From Synechococcus sp. (GTDB lineage: Bacteria; Cyanobacteriota; Cyanobacteriia; PCC-6307; Cyanobiaceae): a stretch of 64,000 nt of DNA. Below are positions 1-11,756 of the stretch, piece after piece. The DNA is taken from positions 512,001 to 576,000 of the forward strand of contig JBJBDL010000003.1 in assembly GCA_047285305.1 (NCBI GenBank), written 5' to 3'. Position 1 is the stretch's first letter; every line of letters begins with the position of its first letter. Below the pieces are notes generated by a model. That model made no database searches. It was not told the DNA's origin and worked only from the letters and a program-made list of their open reading frames with translations. The translations under genes and the position numbers were made by a program.

Positions 1-1
1 C

Positions 2-583
2 CATATCCGCGCCGGGGTTGGTGCTGTCGCCACCCAGGCCCATACCAATCCTTATCTGGGGATATGTGGTCTTGAGCGCCTGGAGCAGAGTTCGGATGCC
101 GAGAGCGTTCTGGCTAGCCTTCTTGCGGATGATCAGCACCGTGATCGGCGTCAGTTTCACCTTATTGATCTGGACGGTCGCACGGCCTGTTGGACGGGGC
201 AGGGTTGCGGCCCTTGGGCAGGGCATCGCCATCAGCATGATTTGTCTGTTGCCGGCAATTGCTTGGTGGATGAGGACGTGTTGGCAGCCATGGAGCAGGC
301 CTTTCTCACTAGCGACCCCAGCTTGAAACTCGGCCGCCGCCTGATGATGGCTCTGCAGGCCGGGGAAGCGGCTGGTGGTGACCATCGTTCTCCCTTCTGC
401 ACGTCAGCGGCGGTGCAGGTGAGCGGTGAAGCGGTTTTTCCGCTGTTGGATCTGCGCGTTGATTTCCACGAGCGCGCCGTGGAGCAGTTGATGGAGGTGT
501 ATGAGCGCAGTCAGGCTCTCTGGGCCCAGGAGTGGCGGGATGAACTGTCGGAATTGCCGATGCTCAACCGCTTGGTGGCTTGA
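2..583 (+). CDS. DUF1028 family protein (Ntn-hydrolase-like), 5'-truncated by window edge
   Basis: Frame open from base 2 (HIRAGVGAVATQAHTNPYLG...SVAGNCL...AGEAAGGDHR...DLRVDFH); contains track ORF 242..583. Confidence 0.8.
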   Translation, partial: HIRAGVGAVATQAHTNPYLGICGLERLEQSSDAESVLASLLADDQHRDRRQFHLIDLDGRTACWTGQGCGPWAGHRHQHDLSVAGNCLVDEDVLAAMEQAFLTSDPSLKLGRRLMMALQAGEAAGGDHRSPFCTSAAVQVSGEAVFPLLDLRVDFHERAVEQLMEVYERSQALWAQEWRDELSELPMLNRLVA

Positions 584-607
584 GCCTGCTGCGTCGTTGA
601 CGCCATT

Positions 608-646
608 AAAAAAGCCCTGCAACACAGCCGTGTGCAGGGCTTTTTT
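608..646. terminator. Bidirectional intrinsic terminator
   Basis: AAAAAAGCCCTGCA-loop-TGCAGGGCTTTTTT between convergent genes. Confidence 0.85.
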
Positions 647-667
647 AGGGATTCAATTCAGGCGTGT

Positions 668-886
668 TCAGCTAGGGACGGATGCTTCCCACTCCACGTT
701 CAGGCCGGCCTGACGGGCGTCGGTGATCAGGTCATCGATGCAATCCATGCCAAAGGCGGCTTGTCCAGACAGCAGGGCATCCCATTCCTGAGACGGAAAG
801 TGGGTCTGCAGCCAGAACACGCCATGCACGCTGGAAGGACTCACTTGCACGAGGCCTTGGTCGAGGCGAGAGGTGATGAGATCCAA
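668..886 (-). CDS. Conserved hypothetical protein (72 aa)
   Basis: Protein-like ORF (VHGVFWLQTHFPSQEWDALLSG) ending just before the terminator. Confidence 0.7.
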   Translation of the reverse strand: MDLITSRLDQGLVQVSPSSVHGVFWLQTHFPSQEWDALLSGQAAFGMDCIDDLITDARQAGLNVEWEASVPS

Positions 887-966
887 CGTCTTGGCTGAAG
901 CTGGATCTATTACGCCTCAATCCTCGGAACTGGAATGTTCGAGTTGCTACGGATTAAGAAGTTGGC

Positions 967-1134
967 CTAGCGCGTGTAGCCCACGCCGCGGTAAACGAGC
1001 TGCACCGGAGTGCGGTGGTTGTTGATCTGGCGGGCTTGGTACACGTTGCGGCGGTAAACAAGCTGCACCCCGGGCTTGCCCTGAGTGGCGTTGTTTTGCT
1101 GGTACTGATGCCCGCGATAGAGAAGGGTGGTCAT
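967..1134 (-). CDS. DUF4278 family peptide (55 aa; IF17/GifB-related domain)
   Basis: Manual translation MTTLLYRGHQYQQNNATQGKPGVQLVYRRNVYQARQINNHRTPVQLVYRGVGYTR; three LxYRxxxY repeats; GAGGA RBS; absent from ORF track (<60 aa). Confidence 0.85.
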   Translation of the reverse strand: MTTLLYRGHQYQQNNATQGKPGVQLVYRRNVYQARQINNHRTPVQLVYRGVGYTR

Positions 1135-1153
1135 TGGATGGTCCTCGAAGCAA

Positions 1154-1215
1154 GCTCAGGTCCCCGTTCCATGGCCTGAGGCGAACTGCGCTTCGCGCGA
1201 TGCGAAGTGAACGAT
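1154..1215 (-). promoter_or_regulatory. Glutamine-II riboswitch (Downstream-peptide RNA motif)
   Basis: ATCGTTCA-CTTCGC/GCGAAG stem-CGCAGTTCG-CTCAGG...CCATGGAACGGGGA-CCTGAG; CGTTC/GAACG pseudoknot; directly upstream of the DUF4278 ORF. Confidence 0.85.
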
Positions 1216-1217
1216 CG

Positions 1218-1231
1218 GTAGCTGTTGCTAC
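1218..1231. promoter_or_regulatory. NtcA-binding site (perfect GTA-N8-TAC)
   Basis: GTAGCTGTTGCTAC immediately 5' of the riboswitch. Confidence 0.7.
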
Positions 1232-1266
1232 AGAAATATTGAAGCTCTCGCAAATGCTGAAGTGGT

Positions 1267-1280
1267 GTTCAGGTTGATAC
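1267..1280. promoter_or_regulatory. Second NtcA-like site (GTT-N8-TAC)
   Basis: tGTTCAGGTTGATAC. Confidence 0.45.
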
Positions 1281-1325
1281 CTCTTCAGAAAAGTTTTTGG
1301 TTTTGTTTATTTTTGTCCGTAGGAA

Positions 1326-2080
1326 TTAGTGGGTCTGGCTGATCTCAATCAGTTGATTGAGCACAGCATTGAAGAAGTTTCGGCCTTGTGCCTGAAGCGT
1401 GGTGCCCAGCCTGCGCCAGTCCTGGGTCAGGCGATTGGGCCCTTCAGCTCCAAGGGCGTTCACCACGTAGTCGTGGTCGTTGGCGATCCAGCGTTCCAGC
1501 GCATCGCCATCGATCTCGAGGTGGCATTGCAGGCCAATGGCGTGGGCTCCGATCCGAAACACCTGTTCGGCGCAGTGCAGTGAAGAACCCAGCAGGGTTG
1601 CATCAGCCGGGAGGTGGATGCGATCACCATGCCAATGCAGCACCAGAGTGCTGCTGGGTTGCCCTTTGAGCAGAGCCTCATCACTGGGATTCGCGACCCA
1701 GTGGATCGCGCCGAGCCCCAGTTCCTTCAGTTGCTGCGGTGGTGCTCCCACCTGTAGCGGTTGAACGCTGCCCCCTGCAGCCACAGCCAAGAGCTGCGCC
1801 CCGAGGCAGATGCCCAGCACCGGTTGGCGTTGCTGGTGCCAGGCCCTCAACCAGTCCAGTTCCTGCTGCAACCAGTCCATGCCTGGTTGGTCGTGATCGT
1901 TCACGCTCATCGGGCCACCGAGCACAAGGGCGATGCTGTTGGCACACGCCCTGGGGTCCGGCAGTGGGTCGCCCCGGTCGGGCCTCAGGATCTCGAGTGT
2001 CAGGCCCCGCTGCCGCGCCAGCTCTCCCACCAGTGCGGCGTCTTCGTGGTCCACGTGTTGGACCACCAGCAGCGTGGGGC

Positions 2081-2084
<4 letters not shown>
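1326..2084 (-). CDS. Type 1 glutamine amidotransferase
   Basis: [25 protein letters not shown] triad motifs; 4-bp overlap with ureC stop. Confidence 0.9.
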
Positions 2085-3790
<1,706 letters not shown>

Positions 3791-3793
3791 GGG

Positions 3794-4114
3794 TCAGGCG
3801 TCGAGGGGTCCGTTGATCTGGCCGTTGAAGCCGATGACGCGTCGCGAACCGGCGAAGGGAATCAGGTTTACGTCGCGGTTGTCGCCGGGTTCGAAGCGGA
3901 TGGCGGTGCCGGCGGGGATGTCGAGCCGTTGACCGCGGGCCGCGGCCCGGTCGAACTGCAGGGCGGCATTGGCTTCGGCGAAATGGAAATGGGAGCCCAC
4001 CTGTACTGGCCGGTCGCCGCTGTTGGAGACGTTCACCGTGGTGACAGGCCGGCCTGCATTCAGCTCCAGTTCACCCGGTTCGGGAAGCAGTTCGCCTGGA
4101 ATGAGAGGTGCCAT
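3794..4114 (-). CDS. ureB: Urease subunit beta
   Basis: MAPLIPGE...[13 protein letters not shown]...[15 protein letters not shown]; start at ATG 4114. Confidence 0.97.
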   Translation of the reverse strand: MAPLIPGELLPEPGELELNAGRPVTTVNVSNSGDRPVQVGSHFHFAEANAALQFDRAAARGQRLDIPAGTAIRFEPGDNRDVNLIPFAGSRRVIGFNGQINGPLDA

Positions 4115-4124
4115 GGGTTCTGCC

Positions 4125-4427
4125 TCAGCGAATCGGGTCGTGCAGGGTGACGAGCTTGGTGCCATCGGGGAAGACGGCCTCGATCTGCACCTCATGGACG
4201 AGCTCGGGCACGCCCTCCATCACCTGGTCCTGACGCAGCCAGGTGGTGCCTTCCTGCATTAGCTCCGCCACGCTCTTGCCGTCACGGGCGCCTTCCAGCA
4301 CCAAAAAGCTGAGCCAAGCCACCGCTTCGGGGTGGTTGAGCTTGAGGCCACGGTTCAAGCGCCGCTCGGCCAGCAGTGCGGCGGTCACGATCAGGAGCTT
4401 GTCCTTTTCCTGGGGACTGAGATGCAT
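4125..4427 (-). CDS. ureA: Urease subunit gamma
   Basis: [12 protein letters not shown]...[14 protein letters not shown]. Confidence 0.99.
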   Translation of the reverse strand: MHLSPQEKDKLLIVTAALLAERRLNRGLKLNHPEAVAWLSFLVLEGARDGKSVAELMQEGTTWLRQDQVMEGVPELVHEVQIEAVFPDGTKLVTLHDPIR

Positions 4428-4445
4428 GGCGAAGCTCGGTCTTCT

Positions 4446-5381
4446 TCAGTGTGTCTCCGCTGCAGCCTCGAAAGCGTTCACGGTGGACGCTTGTCGGCGC
4501 AGAGGCTGTTCCTGCAGTGGCCAGACCCTGGGGATGCGAGGCCGTGCCAGCTCCCGGATCGTTCGCGTTCGCTCCCAGATCCGGCTGAACCAGAAGCGGG
4601 CATCACGGCTTGACTCACCGGAATAGCGGGCGATCAGGCCCTGATTTAGGGCGCCGCAGCGCATTGTGCCCGTCAGGCCTTCGCGGTCGGCCCGCGCTCC
4701 CTCCAGCAGGGTTGCTGTTGTTTCGGTACCCATGGCCATCGGTGCGGCCCAAACCAGTGTTCCGAATACTGGGGCGCCTCCCAACCCATGCGGGCTGTCC
4801 AAGCTGGCGCCGCCGAGCTCCACCCGATCCGCCAGCTCCCAGGTTGAGCGGTTGCCTGCAAGGCGCTGAATGGTGAGGCTCGAGCGCCACCGTCCCTGCT
4901 GCAGGGTTTCGCCGGCGGCGGTTCGGCCCAAGCGCACGATCTCTGCGCTGAGAAAAGAGGCGTCCTGCGGCAGGGTCACCGTCAGCTGCTGCTCGAACAA
5001 AGCATCGGCGTACAGCACCAGTTCCTGCGGCAGCCATTCGAAGTCACTGCCGCTGGCCAGTGAGCAGCGCACCTGTTGATGGGCAAAGCAGCCCTCGGGT
5101 TGCAGGCGGCTGCGGCCGATCGATCCGTAAACCTTCTGCGCCGCCACGCTGGTGATCAGGCCGCGGCTGTTGGCCTCAAGCTTGAAGTCCAGGCTGAGTT
5201 GATCGCCGCCCACCAGGCCTCCGGCGGTGTGCAGCACCGGCAGCTCGCAGCGTCCGTCATCGCCGCGTTCACTGCGAAGCAGCTTGAACGGAGCCGTGCA
5301 GCCCCCCTGGTGTTTGGTGCTGCCGTTGGTGGCAAAAAACTGCAGGTCACAGCGGCCGTGCCAGGGATCGAGACGTTGCAT
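4446..5381 (-). CDS. ureD: Urease accessory protein UreD
   Basis: LHTAGGLVGGD, TSVAAQKVY, EWLPQE, PRVW; ATG 5381 preferred over the longer track start. Confidence 0.93.
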   Translation of the reverse strand: MQRLDPWHGRCDLQFFATNGSTKHQGGCTAPFKLLRSERGDDGRCELPVLHTAGGLVGGDQLSLDFKLEANSRGLITSVAAQKVYGSIGRSRLQPEGCFAHQQVRCSLASGSDFEWLPQELVLYADALFEQQLTVTLPQDASFLSAEIVRLGRTAAGETLQQGRWRSSLTIQRLAGNRSTWELADRVELGGASLDSPHGLGGAPVFGTLVWAAPMAMGTETTATLLEGARADREGLTGTMRCGALNQGLIARYSGESSRDARFWFSRIWERTRTIRELARPRIPRVWPLQEQPLRRQASTVNAFEAAAETH

Positions 5382-5415
5382 GGCCTCACGCTCCGCCGCC
5401 ACCGGCTTCAACTCT

Positions 5416-5429
5416 GTAGCAATGCACAC
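5416..5429. promoter_or_regulatory. NtcA-like site in the divergent ureD/ureE promoter region
   Basis: tGTAGCAATGCACAC (GTA-N8-CAC). Confidence 0.5.
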
Positions 5430-5486
5430 CAAAGCGCTGCTGATTGATCGGCACGCTTTTGTTGTGGAACTGGAGAGGAGCTGCTG

Positions 5487-5939
5487 GTGACGGATGCGGT
5501 GGTCGTGTTGGAGCAGCGCCTTCAGAAAAGTAGTGCCACGGCCACTCTGCAGTTGCCGTTAACGGCCGAAGAGCGCACGGTGCTGCGGGGCCGTCGCACC
5601 ACCTCCTGCGGTCGTCCGGTGCTTCTGCAGTTGCCCCGTGAGGGTTCTCTCCAGCCCGGTGACTTTTTGGGGGATGAGTCCGGCTCGACCGTTGTGGAGG
5701 TGACGGCAGCGCCGGAGGCGTTGCTGCGGGTGCAGGGATCGCATCCCCTGGAGCTGTTGCAGGCGGCTTATCACCTGGGCAATCGCCATGTCGCCCTGGA
5801 GCTGCATGAGCAGGAGCTGTTGCTGCCGGAGGATTCCGTTCTCGCCACGATGCTGGAAGGCCGTGGATTGACGGTGAGCCGCTGTCTGCAGCCGTTTGCC
5901 CCCGAAGGCGGTGCCTATGGAGGCCATCAGCACGGATGA
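5487..5939 (+). CDS. ureE: Urease accessory protein UreE
   Basis: AAYHLGNRHV, FAPEGGAYGGHQH. Confidence 0.96.
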   Translation: MTDAVVVLEQRLQKSSATATLQLPLTAEERTVLRGRRTTSCGRPVLLQLPREGSLQPGDFLGDESGSTVVEVTAAPEALLRVQGSHPLELLQAAYHLGNRHVALELHEQELLLPEDSVLATMLEGRGLTVSRCLQPFAPEGGAYGGHQHG

Positions 5940-6607
5940 CGTCCCTTGCGTTGCTGCAACTGGTCAGCCCTGCCCTGCCCGTGGGTGCCTTCAGCTATTC
6001 AGAGGGGCTGGAGGTGGTGATTCAGGCGGGCTCCATCGCCGATGAGCAGGCCATCCAGGCTTGGTTGGAGGCTGAACTGCAACGGGGCGCGGTGCGGCTG
6101 GAAGCCGCGGCATTAAGGCCTCTGGCGGAGGCTTTGGTGGGGTGGTCCACCCAGGCCGATGCGGCGGCCAAGGGGCGCCTGATCGATCTTGATGGTTGGC
6201 TGATGGCCACCCGCGAGGCAGCGGAGTTGCGAGCGCAGCAGCGTCAGATGGGGATGTCGCTGCTGCAGTTGATGTCGGATATGGGGCACGACCTGCCTGA
6301 ACCTGTGGCCCTGAGCTGGCCAGCGGCCTGGGCCTGGGCCGCTGTGCGATTGTCGGTTTCAGAGGGAGACATGGTGGAGGGGTACCTCTACGGCTGGGTT
6401 GCCAATCAGCTCAGTGCCTCGGTGCGGCTGCTGCCGTTGGGTCCCTCCCGAGCGCAGGTGCTGCAACAGCGGCTGCTGCCGCTGATTGCCTCCCAAGCGC
6501 AGCAGCTCCAGGCGGCCGATCCCCAGCAGCTCTGGAGTAGCGGTGTGGGTGCGGGCATGGCGCAGCTTGCCCATGCTGAGCTGTATTCACGCCTGTTTCG
6601 AAGCTGA
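5936..6607 (+). CDS. ureF: Urease accessory protein UreF
   Basis: [16 protein letters not shown]...[11 protein letters not shown]. Confidence 0.97.
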   Translation: MTSLALLQLVSPALPVGAFSYSEGLEVVIQAGSIADEQAIQAWLEAELQRGAVRLEAAALRPLAEALVGWSTQADAAAKGRLIDLDGWLMATREAAELRAQQRQMGMSLLQLMSDMGHDLPEPVALSWPAAWAWAAVRLSVSEGDMVEGYLYGWVANQLSASVRLLPLGPSRAQVLQQRLLPLIASQAQQLQAADPQQLWSSGVGAGMAQLAHAELYSRLFRS

Positions 6608-7212
6608 TGAGCAGCAAACTGCGCCTGGGGGTGGCGGGCCCTGTGGGATCCGGCAAGACCGCACTGGTGGAGGCCCTCTGTCGCCGCTTGCGCGACGAGC
6701 TCCAGCTCGCGGTGGTCACCAACGACATCTACACCCAGGAGGATGCCCAGTTCCTCACCCGTGCGGGTGCCCTGGATCCAGAGCGGATCCGTGGCGTGGA
6801 GACCGGTGGTTGCCCTCACACGGCGATTCGCGAAGACTGCTCGATCAACAGAGCTGCCGTGGCGGAGCTGGAGACGCAGTTTCCGAATCTCGATCTTGTT
6901 CTGGTTGAGAGCGGCGGCGACAACCTGGCGGCGAGCTTCAGTCCGGAACTGGTGGATCTCTGCATCTACGTGATTGATGTGGCGGCCGGCGACAAGATCC
7001 CCCGTAAAGGAGGCCCTGGCATCACCCGCTCTGACCTGCTGGTGATCAACAAGATTGATCTGGCTCCCCAAGTTGGTGCCGACCTTTCAGTGATGGAACA
7101 GGACACCCGGCGGATGCGGGGAGACCGGCCTTGGTGTTTCGCCAATCTCCACAGCGGCGAAGGCCTGGAGCAGGTCGTGGAGTTCCTGTTGCAACAGCTA
7201 CCAAAATCATGA
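6607..7212 (+). CDS. ureG: Urease accessory GTPase UreG
   Basis: [26 protein letters not shown]. Confidence 0.98.
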   Translation: MSSKLRLGVAGPVGSGKTALVEALCRRLRDELQLAVVTNDIYTQEDAQFLTRAGALDPERIRGVETGGCPHTAIREDCSINRAAVAELETQFPNLDLVLVESGGDNLAASFSPELVDLCIYVIDVAAGDKIPRKGGPGITRSDLLVINKIDLAPQVGADLSVMEQDTRRMRGDRPWCFANLHSGEGLEQVVEFLLQQLPKS

Positions 7213-7238
7213 AAACACAAGCTTTTGAGGGCAAAAGT

Positions 7239-7252
7239 GTTCCCGTTGTTAC
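7239..7252. promoter_or_regulatory. NtcA-like site upstream of urtA
   Basis: tGTTCCCGTTGTTAC (GTT-N8-TAC), ~80 bp before urtA ATG. Confidence 0.5.
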
Positions 7253-7331
7253 GTTTCAAATCCCCACCTATAGCGATGGTCGAATTTCAGGACGTTTCGC
7301 GCGTCCAAGCTTTTAAGTGCCCTCTCATTCC

Positions 7332-8624
7332 ATGAGCACCCCTCTCTCCAAGCGCCTTTTCGCCGGCATGGCCGCGGCTTCGCTGGGTCTTGCCGTGACC
7401 GCATGCGGTGGCGGTGACAAGGCTGCCAACGTTGACTACGACGACAGCGTCACCGTCGGCATCCTGCACTCGCTGACCGGCACCATGGCCATCTCCGAGT
7501 CCACCCTGGTGGACACCGAGAAAATGGCGATCGATGAGATCAACGCCGCCGGTGGCGTTGAAGTTGATGGCAAGAAGTACAAGATCGAGTACATCGTCGA
7601 GGACGGTGCCTCCGATTGGCCCACCTTCGCTGAGAAGTCCAAGAAGCTGATCGACCAGGACCAGGTGCCCGTGGTTTTCGGTGGCTGGACCTCCGCCAGC
7701 CGCAAGGCGATGCTGCCTGTGTACGAGTCGAAGAACGCTTTCCTCTACTACCCGATTCAATACGAGGGTCAGGAGTGTTCCAACAACATCTTCTACACCG
7801 GTGCCACTCCGAACCAGCAGTCGGAGCCTGCCACCAAGTTCATGTATGAGAAGTCGCCTGCCGCTGGCAAGCCCTTCTTCCTCGTGGGTTCGGACTACGT
7901 CTTCCCCCGCACCTCCAACACCATCACCAAGGAACAGCTCAAGTCCCTGGGTGGCGAAGTGGTCGGTGAGGACTACCTGCCCCTGGGCAACACCGAGGTT
8001 GCTCCGATCATCGCCAAGATCAAGAAGGCCCTGCCTGACGGCGGTGTGATCATCAACACCCTGAATGGTGACCAGAACGTCGCCTTCTTCAAGCAGATCC
8101 AGGACGCCGGCATCACCCCCGATAACGGCTACTACGTGATGAGCTACTCCATCGCGGAAGAGGAGATCAGCACCATCGGTTCTGAGTTCCTTGAGGGCCA
8201 CTACGGCGCTTGGAACTACATGATGTCGATCGACACCCCGGCCTCCAAGAAGTTCGCTGCTGACTTCAAGGCCAAGTACGGCGCCGACCGCCAGGTCGCT
8301 GACCCTCAGGAGTCGGCCTACAACATGGTCTACCTGTGGAAGAAGGCTGTCGAGAAGGCCAACAGCTTCGACGACGACAAGGTGCGTGAGGCCCTGGTCG
8401 GCATCGAGTTTGACGCTCCTCAGGGACCTGTGAAGGTGATGCCCAACCACCACCTCTCCCAGACCGTGCGCATCGGCCAGATCACCGCTGACGGCCAGTT
8501 CGAGATCCTCGAATCCACCGATGGCCCCGTGGCTCCTCAGGCCTGGAACCAGTTCGAGCCCAGCTCCAAGGGCTTCGCTTGCGACTGGACCGACGCCGCC
8601 AAGGGCGAGAAGTACAAGCTCTGA
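7332..8624 (+). CDS. urtA: Urea ABC transporter substrate-binding lipoprotein
   Basis: Lipobox VTAC, GILHSLTGTMAISE, FGGWTSASRKA, YPIQYEGQE. Confidence 0.97.
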   Translation: MSTPLSKRLFAGMAAASLGLAVTACGGGDKAANVDYDDSVTVGILHSLTGTMAISESTLVDTEKMAIDEINAAGGVEVDGKKYKIEYIVEDGASDWPTFAEKSKKLIDQDQVPVVFGGWTSASRKAMLPVYESKNAFLYYPIQYEGQECSNNIFYTGATPNQQSEPATKFMYEKSPAAGKPFFLVGSDYVFPRTSNTITKEQLKSLGGEVVGEDYLPLGNTEVAPIIAKIKKALPDGGVIINTLNGDQNVAFFKQIQDAGITPDNGYYVMSYSIAEEEISTIGSEFLEGHYGAWNYMMSIDTPASKKFAADFKAKYGADRQVADPQESAYNMVYLWKKAVEKANSFDDDKVREALVGIEFDAPQGPVKVMPNHHLSQTVRIGQITADGQFEILESTDGPVAPQAWNQFEPSSKGFACDWTDAAKGEKYKL

Positions 8625-8654
8625 TCTTCTGATCACAGCCTGATTGCTCTTCAG

Positions 8655-8683
8655 GGAGGAGCCCGGTGACGGGCTCCTCCTTT
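8655..8683 (+). terminator. Stem-loop after urtA (terminator or mRNA stabiliser)
   Basis: GGAGGAGCCCG-GTGA-CGGGCTCCTCC-TTT. Confidence 0.7.
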
Positions 8684-8717
8684 CGTCGTTTCATTGAACG
8701 CTTCGTTTCACACGTCT

Positions 8718-9872
8718 GTGCAACTGCTTCTCGAAAGCCTGTTCAACGGTGTCGCCATCGGCTCGGTGCTGCTGATGGCCGCCCTCGGACTGGCCATTGT
8801 CTTCGGCCTCATGGGCGTGATCAACCTCGCCCATGGTGAGCTGATCATGCTTGGGGCCTACACCACTTACGTGGTGCAGCTGATCTTCAAGCTGCCTGCG
8901 CTGCAGCCGGTTTACAACGCCTACGTGCTTGTGGCGCTTCCCCTGGCTTTCATCGTCAGCGGTGTGGTCGGCATCCTGCTGGAACGTACCGTGATTCGCC
9001 GGCTCTACGGCAACCCGCTGGAGACCCTGCTCGCGACCTGGGGCGTCAGCTTGATTCTTCAGCAGTTCGTGCGGAGTGTTGCCCTGGCCCACGCCGCCGG
9101 CCTGATCCTTGCGCTGGTGCTGGGCTTTGGCCTGCCGCTGCTGCTTCCCTCCTCGCTTCTTTCGGGGCCTCGGGCTCGTTTGGTGCGTGCGGGGAGTTGG
9201 GCTGTTTCAGCCCTGGGCGGTGTGCTGCTGGCCGGTGGCCTGGCCTCACAAATCAGCCGCATCGCCAGGGCCACCTCCCGCAATGTGGATGTGACGGCAC
9301 CCAAATGGATGCGCGGCGGGATCGAATTCATGGATATCACCTTTCCTGTTCCGCGCCTGGTGATCATCGTGATCACCATCGTTGCGGTGGTTGGGGTGAC
9401 GTGGTTCCTCAACAAAAGCGTGTGGGGAATGCGCATTCGTGCCGTCACCCAGAACCGTTCGATGAGTGATTGCCTTGGCATCCCCACCGACACCGTTGAC
9501 GTGCTCACCTTTGGCATCGGCTCCGGTTTGGCCGGTGTGGCGGGGGTTGCTGTTTCCCTGCTGGGTTCGGTGGGCCCCAACGTGGGCGGCTCCTACATCG
9601 TGGGCTGCTTCATGGTGGTGGTGCTCGGTGGCGTCGGAAACCTCTTGGGCACCGTGCTCGCGTCCTTTGCCATTGGCCTGCTCACCGACTTGATCGGTGC
9701 TGGACGTCTGCTGACGATCTGGCCTGACATGCCAGCTCCCCTGGCCGGCGCGGTGAATTTCTTCGCCACCACGAGCATGGCCCAGGTGATGGTGTTCGCT
9801 CTGATCGTGGTGTTCCTTCAATTCCGTCCCGCGGGTCTGTTCCCGCAAAAAGGACGCATGGTGGAGGCCTGA
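8718..9872 (+). CDS. urtB: Urea ABC transporter permease
   Basis: LGLAIVFGLMGVINLAHGE, LETLLATWG, QFRPAGLFP; GTG 8718 likely start. Confidence 0.95.
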   Translation: MQLLLESLFNGVAIGSVLLMAALGLAIVFGLMGVINLAHGELIMLGAYTTYVVQLIFKLPALQPVYNAYVLVALPLAFIVSGVVGILLERTVIRRLYGNPLETLLATWGVSLILQQFVRSVALAHAAGLILALVLGFGLPLLLPSSLLSGPRARLVRAGSWAVSALGGVLLAGGLASQISRIARATSRNVDVTAPKWMRGGIEFMDITFPVPRLVIIVITIVAVVGVTWFLNKSVWGMRIRAVTQNRSMSDCLGIPTDTVDVLTFGIGSGLAGVAGVAVSLLGSVGPNVGGSYIVGCFMVVVLGGVGNLLGTVLASFAIGLLTDLIGAGRLLTIWPDMPAPLAGAVNFFATTSMAQVMVFALIVVFLQFRPAGLFPQKGRMVEA

Positions 9873-9876
9873 TCTG

Positions 9877-11004
9877 ATGTTCCAAGCCTTTCAACAACGC
9901 CGTTGGCCTTTGATCATCCTTTGGGTGGTGATCGTTGCGGCCATCGTTGCCGCGCCCGCTGTTTTGCCGGTGTTTCGGCTGAATCTGTTGGGTCGCTTCC
10001 TTTCATTGGCGATCGTTGCCCTGGGTATCGATTTGATCTGGGGCTTCACCGGGTTGCTCAGCCTTGGCCAGGGCATCTTTTTTGCCCTCGGCGGTTACGC
10101 CGTGGCGATGTACCTGCAGCTCAACAGCTCGGGTGATCTGCCCAATGGCATTCCCGAGTTCTTCAGCCTGTATGGCGTGGATCGGTTGCCCGCCTTCTGG
10201 GAGCCGTTCCATTCCCCGCTGTTCACCTTGGTGGCGATCTGGCTGGTTCCAGCCGTGCTGGCTGCCGTGCTCGGCAACCTGGTGTTCCGTAACCGGATCA
10301 AGGGGGTCTATTTCTCGATCCTCACCCAGGCGGCCCTGCTTGTTTTCTTCAATTTCTTCAACGGCCAGCAGAAGCTGATCAACGGCACCAACGGTCTTAA
10401 AACCGATGTGACCCAGCTGTTCGGCCAGATGGTGGGTTCCCCGGAGATGCAGCGGGGATTCTTCTGGTTGACCTCTGTGGTGGTGATCCTGGCCTGGCTG
10501 TTTCTGCGCTGGGTGGTGCGGGGCCGGTTTGGAGACGTGTTGATCGCCATTCGCGATGACGAACCCCGGCTGCGCTTTGCCGGTTACAACCCAACCCTGT
10601 TCAAGACGATCGTCTTCGCCATCGCTGGTGGTTTGGCAGGCATCGGTGGTGCGCTTTACACCGTTCAGTCCGGCATCGTTTCGCCGCAGTACATGACCGT
10701 TCCCTTCTCGATTGAGATGGTGATCTGGGTTGCTGTGGGCGGTCGAGGCACGCTCGTGGGAGCGATCCTTGGCGCTGTGGCCATCAACTACGCCAAGAGT
10801 TTGGTGAGCGAAGCTCTCCCCCAAAGTTGGCTGTTCATCCAAGGGGGCCTGTTCATTCTCGTGGTGACGGCCTTGCCGGAGGGCGTCATTGGCTGGTTCC
10901 GAGGCGATGGTCCTCGCAACTGGCTCAACCGATTTGGCATTGCCCGTCGGAGTGAGACCTATCCACGTCTCGATCTTGAAGGTCAGGAAGAGGTTCAGTC
11001 ATGA
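9877..11004 (+). CDS. urtC: Urea ABC transporter permease
   Basis: DLIWGFTGLLSLGQG, GVYFSILTQA, WVAVGGRGTL. Confidence 0.95.
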   Translation: MFQAFQQRRWPLIILWVVIVAAIVAAPAVLPVFRLNLLGRFLSLAIVALGIDLIWGFTGLLSLGQGIFFALGGYAVAMYLQLNSSGDLPNGIPEFFSLYGVDRLPAFWEPFHSPLFTLVAIWLVPAVLAAVLGNLVFRNRIKGVYFSILTQAALLVFFNFFNGQQKLINGTNGLKTDVTQLFGQMVGSPEMQRGFFWLTSVVVILAWLFLRWVVRGRFGDVLIAIRDDEPRLRFAGYNPTLFKTIVFAIAGGLAGIGGALYTVQSGIVSPQYMTVPFSIEMVIWVAVGGRGTLVGAILGAVAINYAKSLVSEALPQSWLFIQGGLFILVVTALPEGVIGWFRGDGPRNWLNRFGIARRSETYPRLDLEGQEEVQS

Positions 11005-11756
11005 GCACGGCTTTATTGGAGTTGCGCCAAATCACCGTCAGTTTTGATGGCTTTTTGGCGCTGCGCGATCTCAACCTCAGCCTTCAGCCTGGGGAGCTGC
11101 GCGCCGTGATCGGCCCGAATGGCGCCGGCAAGACCACGTTCCTGGATGTGATCACTGGCAAGACCGCTCCCACGGAAGGGGATGTGGTCTTCAAAGGACG
11201 CTCCTTAGTGGGAACGCGCGAGCACCGCATCGCGCGCTTTGGCATCGGCCGCAAGTTTCAGAGCCCTCGTGTTTTCGAGAAGCTCAGCGTTCAGGAGAAC
11301 TTGGCTTTGGCAGTGAGCCAGCCGAAGCAGCCCTGGTCATTGCTGGTGGGGGGCCTGAATGGGGAGCAGCGCGATCGTGTTCATCACCTGATGAGCATCG
11401 TCAATCTGCAGAACCGTGCCGATTGGGCTGCTGGGTCGTTGTCCCACGGCCAGAAGCAGTGGCTTGAGATCGCCATGCTTGTGGGTCAGGATCCCGACCT
11501 GTTGCTGGTGGATGAGCCGGTGGCTGGGCTCACGGATGAGGAGACCGATCTGACGGCGGATCTGCTCAAGTCGTTGGCCGGGGATCACACCGTGCTGGTG
11601 ATTGAGCACGACATGGAATTCATTCGACGGCTTGAAAGTCCGGTGACGGTGCTGCACCAGGGCCATGTCCTCTGTGAGGGCACGATGGATCAGGTGCAGG
11701 CCGATCCCCGGGTGATCGAGGTTTATCTCGGCACCACTGAGGAGGAGAACCAATGA
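11001..11756 (+). CDS. urtD: Urea ABC transporter ATP-binding protein
   Basis: GPNGAGKT, LSHGQKQWLEI. Confidence 0.96.
   Translation: MSTALLELRQITVSFDGFLALRDLNLSLQPGELRAVIGPNGAGKTTFLDVITGKTAPTEGDVVFKGRSLVGTREHRIARFGIGRKFQSPRVFEKLSVQENLALAVSQPKQPWSLLVGGLNGEQRDRVHHLMSIVNLQNRADWAAGSLSHGQKQWLEIAMLVGQDPDLLLVDEPVAGLTDEETDLTADLLKSLAGDHTVLVIEHDMEFIRRLESPVTVLHQGHVLCEGTMDQVQADPRVIEVYLGTTEEENQ

Noticed and set aside
947..1153. 68-aa track ORF
   Set aside because: Wrong frame; the DUF4278 peptide at 967-1134 has the RBS, family motif and riboswitch
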